Below are positions 1-11,350 of a DNA stretch of 64,000 bases, one piece after another. The first letter of the stretch is position 1, and every line of letters starts with the position of its first letter. The stretch is from Daphnia carinata (lineage: Eukaryota). The notes beneath the pieces were generated by a model that made no database searches, was not told the origin of the DNA, and worked only from the letters and a program-made list of their open reading frames with translations. The DNA lies in the NCBI RefSeq assembly GCF_022539665.2, contig NC_081331.1, forward strand, positions 8,308,001-8,372,000. Direction: 5' to 3'. The position numbers were made by a program, and so were the translations under genes.

Positions 1-462
1 AGACAACCGCTCAAGACTACAAGAGCCAAATTTGGCTGGACAAGGTGAAAGTCGCTGTAACCAACACTGCTGAACAACTTCGCAAAAAAAAAAAACTTCC
101 TACAGAGAAGATCGAACATTGCCTTTTACGCAACGCAGTATTCGAGTCCTTATATGTTTGTAAATCCCTCATTCTTTCGCGAAATAAAACAAGGATCTCA
201 AATTAATAACATCCGGTTTATGTTTTTTGGATGATAAAGACCACGTCTGCCAATTACTTATAACCTATGTGACTATACAATACACTCTTTACCGGAATTC
301 TCCTTCTCGATGGAACTTCATTAATTATATCAGCAACATTTAAAAACATGTGTTAATTATGCCAAGCTAAAATACTACAGCTAAATTTTAAGGACAAATT
401 CCACTAAGTTCCAGTTTCCACTAAGATAAAAATATTGTCCTGAGGAATGAAAACTGGTATAC

Positions 463-647
463 CTTGCAAATGGCTGGTTCTCCACTGTGTACAATTGATG
501 GAGTGGTTCTCGAGCTACCAACACTTCTGCCCTAGATGGGCATAATGTCAACAATCCAGGTATAGAGCTAACCGTTAAAGATGCCACAGACTCTTCCAGT
601 CTCATTCCTGCAACGGATTCACCATCAATTCCACTACCACCAACCAT
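463..647 (-). CDS. Drak: First coding exon of a death-associated protein kinase-related (DRAK/STK17-like) Ser/Thr kinase; the gene continues beyond the window start
   Basis: aaaATGG start at 647. The peptide ends ...EPLHQLYTVENQPFAR, followed by a phase-2 donor AG|GTATAC at 463/462. This matches my recollection of arthropod Drak (YxVExxPFARGKFA), just before the kinase Gly-loop. The kinase core is not in the window. Confidence 0.7.
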
Positions 648-1009
648 TTTATGTACTTTATTTATTTATTTATTATTGTCTATACAACTTGCTAGCGATA
701 TTGTTCCAATGCAAAGTGGAAACTGATGGAAACTGATTCGACAATTTCAGCACTGATAACTCGTTCAAATGCTCGGATTCGGTTATGTTTTGCTTAACAG
801 TCTCACTCTTTGCTGTGGCTGTAGAAAACAAAGTATGTTTGAGCACCAAATGTCAGCGATCGAAGGTTGCGTTCGGGATCAAGTGGCCATGCTACACCAA
901 CCGTCGACACACACTGAAAACAACATGGAGTTGTCAATTGCACACTTCTTGGAATCGACTAATGCCTGTATGATAGGGGAAGGAACGAAAGGCACAAACT
1001 ATTTCAGAA

Positions 1010-1193
1010 AACTGACAAATTTCACAAAATTCCGTCCAGACTGCAACTCGAGAGTGGTCTGCTGGTGCGCGTCGTCATTTAGTTAGCCCTGCCCAAGGAA
1101 AGCTTGTCCCCTGCGGCAAGCCGAAAAGAGGGCTGTATCGATATAAGTATCGACACAGATCGACTAAAATCGATTTAAGTTAACAAATCAGTT
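1010..1193. promoter_or_regulatory. DRE-type, probably bidirectional core promoter
   Basis: Perfect DRE TATCGATA at 1136-1143, followed by three more ATCGA cores to ~1175. Inr-like TCAGTT on the minus strand (1010-1015) and on the plus strand (1188-1193). Confidence 0.55.
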
Positions 1194-4100
1194 TTGAAGA
1201 CGGACAACCTATTTCCTTTACGAGCGTTTCAGCACAGGCAAGAAACTTTCCAAAAATCATAACCCAAAACCGAAATTTCCGAAGAAGTTTTATTAACATA
1301 GGTGCGCATAGACATAGGTGTTGACAACTTAGTTATTTGTACTTTCCTGTCTAGCTTGCTAAACTTGTAGACCTGAGAATCCTTGAGAGAACTGTGTTAC
1401 GTATGTATACTCGTACTTAAAGGGCACAAACGGCATCACCACACCGTTGTTCAGTTATTTACAACGCACATTAAAGGATATACGTCCACAATTTCATCCA
1501 CAATTTAAGACACTGTTTAATTAATTATATAACGAAATCGGAAGTTTCATGAACAAGATGATTATTGGTGGATGAGCTTGTTTTTTGTTAACTTCTGAGA
1601 ACGTAGCAAGTTGCCTTCGCATGGCCGCAGGTCTGTGATTTTACATATGGTCCTCGCGGTTCTCTTTGCCTTAAAAGGAACTCGAGTTATTCGTTGCTGA
1701 CGCACTCCAAAGTCGAACTGCAAGGGGACAAGCTACTCTTGAGATAACAGCCAATCTCCGGCCTTGAAGAATCACAAAAAGTGTAACTTTCAGGTTGCAG
1801 CGTTCGGGATCTGCCGGGATCAGTGTATGACACGCATAGGCATCGTCGTAAAAGCCTAGATGCTCCATAGAAATGCCATAGCTGTTTCAGACGAATTAAC
1901 GTTAGAAACGGAAAAAATACACGACTGACACGACAAACTGGACAAGTATCTGTCTGTATAGTTTCTAGCGTCATTCACGTGTCATAGTAGGCTGTGGACT
2001 AATATCGGTGCGTGATGAGAAATCCCACGCAGCTAGGTCCAATTCCTTGCGCGTGTATTAGAGGCTTTTCATCGCATCCTCGCGTCAGCTTTACACATAC
2101 ATAAGCCGTATCAAAGTTTCCGATTTTGTTGGAAACGTGAACTAGTGTACTTCATTTGGCCAAACAAAGCATGTTCTTTAAGTATTTTAGGTTCCAGAGT
2201 AAGTGTCCGTTATCGTCTACGATTATGTTCCGTCTAGCCAAGTTCAGGATTGCCTGCATTGTTTGAGGTAATTATAACAACAAAAACTTCTTCGCCGTTT
2301 AGTCTATTCTGAAGCTCTGCCATATTAAGCAGAGAACGTAAATACTATTGGAAATAGCATTTTAGTTTTACCAAGCATATACGTAGCTATTGTATGTACC
2401 GCGTTATCCTGATGCCATCTGGTAGGATACTGATACCTTTATAGTTTTGCAAAATTCTTACTAAGGGAACACCGTATTTGTCTGGCAATGAAAATTCAAC
2501 GTTTGCGAAGATGACAATAGGGAGTACATACGGCTAAAGATACTGTGTGTACAGAGAAAGCGTTGTCTGTGCTGATACGGTACTTAAAGCACGGAATCAG
2601 TGACCGAAATGTGGAAACACCATGATGAAATTCTTGCCTAATCCAACCAGTTTTCTATTCTAGATTAAGGTGAAACGCCACACTTCAAAAATTTTATAGT
2701 TTTGAACGCTAGCTTGAGAGATTTTGAAAAACCTGATTGCTCGATTGGAATCAAAATGATTTTAGTTGGTGTATGTATTCACAGGTCGTTGATAATACTT
2801 AGTTATAAGCTAATATAAGTTTTACTGTACCGGACTACGCATTTGAGCTAAATACAATAAATTCGTACGTTATTCAACCAGCTCACTATACTCCTTCGAT
2901 GTGAAGGACACACATAAAAAAAAAAATATTTTTTTTTTAATATAAGTGAATGTTAATTTTTTTTGCGTACTGCTTTTAAGCAACCATTGTCTTATTCCAG
3001 GTAATAGTGACAGTTACATTTCATAGTATCATGATGTAAGTGTGCTTTTGCTATTTTAGAGACGCCGCAATTCTCAACTAGCAGTGAAATGTCTCCATAG
3101 GCTACTAGACGGCAGGAATTTATACCAAGAGAAAGTACTTCATGCTCGTACGGCCCTTAAAGCAGAGAATCAACGACTGCAACGGGTGGAAACACAGTGA
3201 TGAAACTGTTACTCAATGATAGTAGCAGTTTTCTATTTCAAACCACTACGAAAGCCGTAAGTGTTTTGTTTTACCTTCGAATACACGCCATGGTTCTTCA
3301 GCGCCTTATGGAAACGCGCTGCTATTTAAATCCGATTTGAATACTTTTGGAGCTCATGGATGTGGCTTTTCAGCGCACCCTTGTCTCTATTTTACAAACT
3401 TAACTAGCCAGATTTTCAGCCTCATACAAATTAGGCTTAGTCATACTTTTACTTTTATTTGAAAAAAAACTGGTTATTCACATCGGACATACGACAACCT
3501 ACTTAATTTTTCCAAAAAACACCAAATTCTGGTTTGTCATCGTTTGCTCAACAGACTGTTGGCGGTTTAGGCAGAGCATTATACTGTCACAAATAGCCTA
3601 TATGGGCCTAAATATACGGTCAAACATTATTACGTGGTGATCGAAAAATCAATGGAAATAAAATTCGGCTGTTAAATAGTCCTATGTGTATTTTTTTCTC
3701 TTCACTGAGCAATTGCGGACAGGCGGAGGCATCACACAAAAAACTGAAATGTTTTTAGGAGATTGAAATTCATGATATTCTATTCCATTATCTTGATTAA
3801 TTTACGTTACAGAAGTAAAGTTAGATTGAGTTAGATATTTTTACCTCTTAATGGAATTTCGCGGGATCGGAAATTCCTGCTAAAGTTTTCAAACTAATGT
3901 TTGAACTTTGTAGGTCTAATTTTGAATCACCACCGGTGAAATATGGAATTTTTGCAGCTTTTAAATTCTATCGTGGAGTTGTTTATTCCCTCGTATTGTC
4001 GGCATTACAAAGTATCAGATTATTTAATTTTACCTAAAGGTACTTTGTAGCTTGTCTTGTTTTTTGGCGCTATCTTACACTGCATGAAAGAGGAAAGGAA

Positions 4101-4608
4101 GGGCAAGTCTTGTTGAAATTTTGTTTGCTCTTACAAAATTTTTGCTTTAGAAATTTCAAGTGAAAATGTCGGAGAATATGGAATATCTTAACGATTTCGT
4201 GTTAAATGTTCATGGCATTCATGAGAAAATCCTTTAACATTAAACAGCTTAGGCCTACACACACTTGCCGTTTGTAATTCGTGATCTAGAGTTGCCTCCG
4301 AATTGCGATAATCGATTTTCCTTTTGGAGCTAAAAGATTATGGAAAAATTAAGCGAAAGTCGAACGGAAAGTTTAGCAGGATTGGGATATTCTTTAGTTG
4401 ATTTATAACCTTTTTCTGATGCCTGTACTTCACAGCAGGATATGGTCACTCAAAATTCTAAAGAAAATTTCAAGAGTGCAACCAGACATTAAGACGTTCA
4501 GGGTTTGTCTGTCATGACCTACAAACATGTGATAGACGCCGTAACAACAGGAGTTGTAAAGACCAAGAAATTTTCACATGATAGCAACATGGCTGGTGTT
4601 CCATATAA

Positions 4609-4900
4609 GGGCGCATTTTGGCGTCTACTTTTAGTTCAACTTTTTTAGTGAACTTGTATTTTTGCGTCAACTGCCCGGTAGATGGTTCAACTAGGCGACC
4701 GTTTTGGCGACAACGCCAGTGGGAGGTTCAACTGAAACAGTTGAGCTTTTTCAACGGTGGTCCAGACCACCGTTGACCTTCAACTGAACTGCAACTCCTC
4801 CCCTTTCTCAGCTGTAGCGATGAACTTCCATTTTGGCGTCAACTTTGACGAAAAGTTGAACTAAATAGGTTCAACAAATGGTTGACGCCAAAATGCGCCC
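4609..4900. mobile_element. PIF/Harbinger (Tourist-like) MITE, 292 bp
   Basis: TIR GGGCGCATTTTGGCGTC...GACGCCAAAATGCGCCC. 3-bp TSD TAA (4606-4608 / 4901-4903). A near-identical inverted copy lies at 48814-49112. Confidence 0.9.
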
Positions 4901-5699
4901 TAAAATACGTATTCCGTGTCGGTGCTATCGGTTCTCCGTATTACAGTTGCCGACTGTCAACGCCATCTCTTGTTTAGGAAACCATACTCTAATTACTTGT
5001 TTTCGTTTATATTTATGCAATATAATCCTTTTTACCTTGATATTTTTTGGAATTCATAGAATATGTTTCAAATAAGTATTTATGTAATTTCTTTGAAATT
5101 AGCGTAAACGGCCACTAATATCGGACCAACACCTCTCGTTCGTTTTCCGGGTCTTTTACGTTGCCAAGAAAAGAACGAAAACGGTTCAAAATCCGACTAC
5201 GGTGCATCTTACCCTGTATACTAGGAACATTTGTAACACATTATATCTTTTTTTTTAAATTTTGTGCCATTAACTACCGTTTTCAAGTTTATTGCTGCGG
5301 ATCGCAACGGCTACACCAAGTTTATTAAACAGAACCGAATCGTTTGATAAGTACCCACACGAGTAGTATCTGATCAATCATATTTCGGTCCGTCGGTGCA
5401 GTTTATTGGGTATCAAATAATCCTTTCTTTCAAGAGGCACACGAACTTAAAAGAATCATTTATCGGGAATACTTGATGTGAAAATAGGCAAACATTACTG
5501 AAAAAAAATTTCCATTTTTGTAAAAGAATTTTCCAAACTAAGAGCTTTAAAGGGCTGATATTTTTCTGTCGTATTTATATCTATTCGGTAGTGTACATCT
5601 ACAGTGTTTCAACTTTTTTATTATGAAACAAGTAAATAATGGAACTTAAGCCAGGCAGCATGGTAGAAATATTATAGCGTGACAAAAGAACCGCGTAGG

Positions 5700-6054
5700 C
5701 AGACTTGCCGCGATCGCAATCAACAATTGATCGCCGATCCGATGTTTTTACAATGATCGGAGATCGGATCGGCGATCCCAAAAAACTTATCGCGATCTGA
5801 TCATTTTTAGTGATTTATCTCTTCGCCATCTAGCGGTCGATTTAGTTGTGGCATGTAAGTATTTCACTACTTTTGCTATCAAACGAGAATTGACAGATAC
5901 TGTTTAATACTCATTCAAATTTGTAATATACTAAATCCAGTAAGGAATGTGAATTTTCTGAAAGAATGTGAAAATCTAAAAGTATCGCGAAAAAAGATCG
6001 AAAAAATTCCATCGGCGATCCGATCATCTGCAGTTGATCGGTGCGGCAAATCTG
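5700..6054. mobile_element. hAT-derived MITE, 355 bp
   Basis: TIR CAGACTTGCCGC / GCGGCAAATCTG. 8-bp TSD CGCGTAGG/CGCGTAGA. GATCG-rich subterminal repeats. Same TIR as the hAT end at 47323-47335. Confidence 0.85.
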
Positions 6055-6094
6055 CGCGTAGAAGAGGGTCGGAAAGAGCGTATTAGCTCGTTAA

Positions 6095-7456
6095 CCAGGC
6101 TGGTCGCGAGGCAATATGTACTACTTAGTACATAATCGCGCCTGCAGTTTTCTTTATGGTGACAACACACACTTTCCCGTGTGTGTTGTCACCCCTAGGG
6201 CTTTGATTTGGTTGCTTTAATGGTTAAACCGTTAAAGTTAAACCAGTTAAACAAAAATGCGTGTAGCGCATGTCTTAATTTTTTCAAAGCGAATAATAGA
6301 AATTAGGTTTATATAAATATATATTTACAATATTATGATAATGTACATAAATACTACAATATAATAAATACACATATATACAGTATATTACAATTATATA
6401 TATATATTTATACATACATACAATTACAATATATATATTACTATTATATATATGTACAATAGTTATATATTGAAATAAACGAATATAAGAGAAACAATTT
6501 TTTAATTATTTGTCAGCAAAATTAATTATGATATTCGCTGATTTAATATATAAATAATGTAAATATAATATAAATCGATAGCCCTTGGTAAGGGCTATCC
6601 ATTTTTAGGTAATTGTAATCAATATTTTCAAATCGAAAAAATCTTAAACGTAAAATGCGTTTTTGTTGTTTTTCGATCTAAGGTTCTAATGGACGCAACC
6701 GATAAAAACAAAAAAATTGATGTTACACTTAAACTTTTTCCTTTTCTGAAAATTTTAACATAAGTTTTATAGAATTAGATAGCTCTTGATAAGAGCTATC
6801 GATTGATGCAAAATTTGTCAATTTTAACTGTTTATTTTCTTCATAAATAATTATTAAAGGATTTCATGATTTTAGAAAGGGGAGGGGGTGTGTGAAAAAG
6901 ACGAAACTTTGCATTGATTGTTTGATGCTTAATCTTCGTCAAAACAGGAAACCATTATAATATTTTTGTTCCTGGTGATTCGAGGAACAAGTTATTCTAA
7001 ACGTTTACTTTTAAGATGCTATATTTAACCCAAAAAATTACGTTTGAAAAAGTGGTTTTTGATAAACCATTATGGCGGCCATTTTTTACCGCACCAAGTT
7101 CAAATTTCAAAAAGTGTAAATAAGTGTAAAAAATTTTAATTATAAGTACATATTTACATTTTGTTTGTGTCTAGAAAATTTCAGCATTCCGTCTTGTATT
7201 AAAAATTAACTAAGATAATTTAAATAAATTTATTTCATGGGTTTCATTTAATTTACAATTTTAGGTGTCTTTTTCCACATTCCGCATGGAAAACCACGTT
7301 TTATAGCGACTTCCGCGTGGAAAAGCTCCAAGCAGACAATATTTAAAAAAAAAAACAAGTGACTAACGCCCTGCGCGTTTATCATTTACCCCATAAGAAA
7401 AAGTGCATCTGCAACTATGTACTACTTAGTACATATGTAGTGAGACCATGTTGTCG
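6095..7456. mobile_element. Putative non-autonomous TTAA-flanked (piggyBac-like) DNA element
   Basis: TTAA at 6091-6094 and 7457-7460. Imperfect ~40-bp terminal inverted similarity, each end carrying the palindrome TATGTACTACTTAGTACATA. Internal palindromes GATAGCYCTTGnnAAGRGCTATC at ~6576 and ~6778. No ORF. Confidence 0.5.
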
Positions 7457-9459
7457 TTAACGGAAAAGGGTACCCGAAAGTAAAACAGCAGACGGCAGTG
7501 GAAATCAACAAGACGGATTTGGGTCGGGAGGGTTCATTGATTTGTGCATCTGCTTCGTTTAATTTTGTTGCATCAACGCCGTTATAGTTATTATTATTAG
7601 GTTGTACTTCTTATTTTGTGTGAGATGTGGCTATATTTTTCATAATTTATGGGGGCATGCTTTTTACTTAGACAATTTTTCGTTAACAGTTTCATTGTCT
7701 ACAGAGGTTTGTCAAACGAAATTTTTCAAATAAAAACCATAATTTTGTTATTCATTATTTATCGGATAAATGAAGTATTATTTTAATCGTTGTTCTTGTT
7801 TGTTTCACGCCTTGTCGAGAATCCAACTTTGATTATTTTTTCTGGTGGGGTGGATTAGATCGTTTTATTGGAAGGTAAACCAGGATGCCCCGCCCATTAT
7901 TGGTTTCCAGGAACTAAAAGGCTTTTTAAAAGTTATTATTTTGGCCATTTTACCAACAGTTTACAGGATAAAGCTTTTTCTTCATCTTCAAAACAGACCA
8001 AATATCGCAAACTTTAGGTCAGTATTTCCATATAAAAGTTCCCCAACAAATGAGCCGCCAAAACTCCTCTCATTGACTTCTCATGCAACTTGGTGTTTAA
8101 CTCTAGGGTTCTCTCTCTCCCAAACGAGTGCTGGTTTATGCACTGTGTCCATTTTTTAAATGATAGTAAAACAAAATGTAATTTCTTGTTCCGATTGCTA
8201 TCCTTTTTCAACTGAAAACCACTCTTCAACTCAATGGAGGGCTGAATCGCCTCTGTAACGACAGGTTCCACCAGAGAAAATATCATTGTTAGCTGCTGTT
8301 GAAAATTCCCACGTCCGAACCCAACAAAGGGTCCACATGGGAAGAAGATAGCACGACAAAGAAACAAGTGGGGACGGTAAACGAAAAAGAAAGGAGAATG
8401 GCCGGGGGAACATCGCAAGCGGCTGGTCACAAAACAGATAGACCGTTAAAGGGGGATGCAGGAAACTCAGGCGGAAGAAAACGAAGGACTTGAACCGCAT
8501 GGCAGATAGAGGAATAGTCGGTAGCCCGGGAAATGTGATTGTAATTTGCGGATTGTTTCTACATGTATGTAGAACGGTTTCAAGCGATACAAGGCCAAAT
8601 TGGGTGTTGGAAGGTAACGGGAAAAGAAGGGGATATAACCAGAGGGAAAATCCTTCGAGCACCGGGCAAGCGGTTGGAGTTATAGGAGGAGAAGGATCTC
8701 CGGCGGCCAAGGTAAAAGAAGATTAGCGGTAACATCTGGTCCAGTGTTTTAAATTATGCTTAGTCGGATATTTAAAACTGGCAACAGTGTTTTTGCTGCA
8801 TGCGTATATAAGGGCCGGTTAGGCATGAGTAATACACACACAATTTTCATGCAAAGTCTGGAGTCGTCTCGTCTTCATTCCGGCAACCATATTTTTTACG
8901 CGTTTTCTTCTGCCTGGTTGTTCTGCTGCCCTTGTCCTGCCCGTCTACCTGCTGGGTTGACCGCTTGCCGTGCCCGACTCCCGTAGTGTCCGGCCACCCA
9001 GCCGCGTTTAACTTCCAATCATCGCCGTCTAACCCTTGCCCAGCTGTTCACTAGCGCATCCGGATTCCAACTTCATAAGTATATAAGTATTTCTTTTCCT
9101 CTTCTATTCTATTATTTTGTGAGCCGGTCTTATACGTACGTGTGTCCGCGATGATAAGTCCGTCCCCACAGCAATCGCCTGGAGCCCCCTAACGGTTCCA
9201 GTCATTCAGACACAACTCGCTCATCTGAATCACGCTGGTACTACGTTAATACTAGACCATCCACAGGAAACTGTTCCTGAGTCTAATGTAAATGTAAATG
9301 TAATCCCGACAGTGGATTATTCCACAGCTCCTTCCCAAACTGCAATTACTTATTCAATAACTAAAATAGGAGCAAGAACAAGTGAAATACGCTTGCCTTA
9401 TTTAATAACCATTTTGTGTTGCTTTTGGAGTTTAATCGCGCTCCTGGTTACGTTCTGTA

Positions 9460-9600
9460 GGAATTTCGCACATCGAATCCAAAAACTTGCAAGAGGAGGT
9501 TAGCCAAACGTGAGCCAAGAAATCATCGAGCAATTCAGTAGGGAAAAATTATGAACGGACTGACGCCCCAACTGCGAGACAGACTATTTTGTCTGGACTT
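9460..9600 (+). pseudogene. Fragment of an older LTR-retrotransposon gag, cut by the Gypsy insertion at 9601
   Basis: Reads FAHRIQKLARGG...EQFSREKFMNGLTPQLRDRLFCLDF (across a stop/frameshift), resembling a capsid C-terminal segment. It stops exactly at the LTR start. Confidence 0.5.
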
Positions 9601-9991
9601 TGTGATGATGACACATCTTAAAGAACGCCGCAAATCAACAGGACCGACTGATAATCATCAGTTGCCAACCTTTGTGCGTTCGCCGCCGCTGACATTGCTA
9701 GGACAGTTCTTAGTAGTTATGATGAATACTCCAACTCCACGCTGTCATCACGTGATAAACCGGTAGTGGTCACCTCGTTGTCACTCCATCATCACGTGAT
9801 TACTCCTAGAAAGTTACCCCTTCACGTCCAGGGTGACATTGTCTTACATCTATAAAAGACGAGACTCGCAAGTGTCTCGTCAGGGAGTTTTATACCGTTA
9901 GTTTATGTGTAACACCAGTGAAGTAGATAAATACACCTCATCGTAATAAATTCATGTATTGAGTAGTTATTCGTAGTATATGAACATTACA
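9601..9991 (+). repeat. 5' LTR of Gypsy element 1
   Basis: TGTGATG...CATTACA termini, TATAAAA at ~9851, AATAAA at ~9945. Followed by tt-TGGTGAACGTG, a PBS-like sequence that is a degenerate match to tRNA-Arg type. Confidence 0.75.
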
Positions 9992-11350
9992 TTTGGTGAA
10001 CGTGTCCAGTTTTGAACTTTGTTCGAATTCGACCATCCCAGACTCCTGCCAAGCAGCAGACCAGCAAGCCTACCCACCTGAACATCGCAGACGACCAACA
10101 ATCGTCTAGAAAATCCCTGCGACAAGGGTAAGTCACAAAAAAATTTAAACTAACGATTTAACAATAGATGTATATACACCATCCGCCCCAGTAGAAGTAA
10201 AAGAGCGTCCTAAAAGACGAAGTATACTAGACTCTAAGCGAACAACACAAAGAGTATACCCAACATTAGAAGCCGAACAAAACAGTGAGATAGCAGAAGT
10301 ACGTATAGTTCCTTTCGAGCGAACCAGAAGCGCTGAAGGTAGTCCTAAAGAGAGTGACGAAGAGAAACAATTAACAAAGTACCATTGAACAGAAAACCTA
10401 CCCAGCAGAAAGAAAAACAAGCTAATAGAAGAAAGAGATTTTCTCAAAACTGCATTAATAGGGATTCATCAGATGATCAATCAGTATAAATTGGAATTAG
10501 AAGCGGCTAAAGATAAGGCAACAACTAAAATAACTAAAGACTCGTCTGAAAGACAAGGATTTAGAATACAAATTAACCTCAGAAAAACTCATTGCAGCTG
10601 AAACAGAAACCCAAGGACATGAAAACAAGGTTTAGTTTTAATAGAGACAGCTACAATCCAGCAACAGGCTATAGATATCAAGCAAGCAGCTTAACCCAAC
10701 AGTTAGAATAGACGCACGAAGAAAAAACTAACCTAATATCCACATTAGTAAAAAAGACCTAGGACGTCCAAATCTTAGAAACAACTATACGTTAAGTAGA
10801 AACAGAACATACATCAGTTAAAGCCAAATTAATTAAAGACAAATCTAAGCTTCAACAAGAAATAGAGAAACTAAAAGAAAGGAAAGCTCAACTCCTCGAG
10901 GAAGGAACCACTTTATGAAACAAATATAGCATAACCTAAACCGAACTAGAGAAAATACAGCAAAGTAACAGAGCTCTTGAGATGAAAAGTATAGACCAGA
11001 GAAAAAAAATTCCCACCTTACAATTGGAACATAAAAAGCTAGTTAAAAACATAACAAATAAGAACCAGGAAATATCGCATCTGAACGATACCATAAAAGT
11101 AAAGCAGGCAGAGTTAGAATTCCTTAAGCAGGAACAATTAGACCAAACAATCAAACTTGCTAAACTACAATCAGAAAATAATCAACTTAAACACAACTTG
11201 AACATAAGTCAAATTAACGAAACAGTCCTACAGCAAAATCAAACCAGACAAACAGAAGAAATATCATGTCTACAGACTACTAACCAGTCATTGGAGAACA
11301 AGTTAAGGAGACTACAGCAAAATATTGCGGTCGCCGCAAACACAAACGAA

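Noticed and set aside
769..1086. 105-aa plus-strand ORF
   Set aside because: It is antisense to the presumed Drak 5' UTR, upstream of the plus-strand Inr, and has no motif.
6158..6198. Hairpin followed by CTAG as a Helitron 3' end
   Set aside because: Hairpin length and spacing are atypical, there is no T after CTAG, and no 5' end was identified.
7600..9060. Several overlapping ORFs of 60-160 aa
   Set aside because: No recognisable domain on either strand. Probably decayed TE sequence, but it cannot be assigned.
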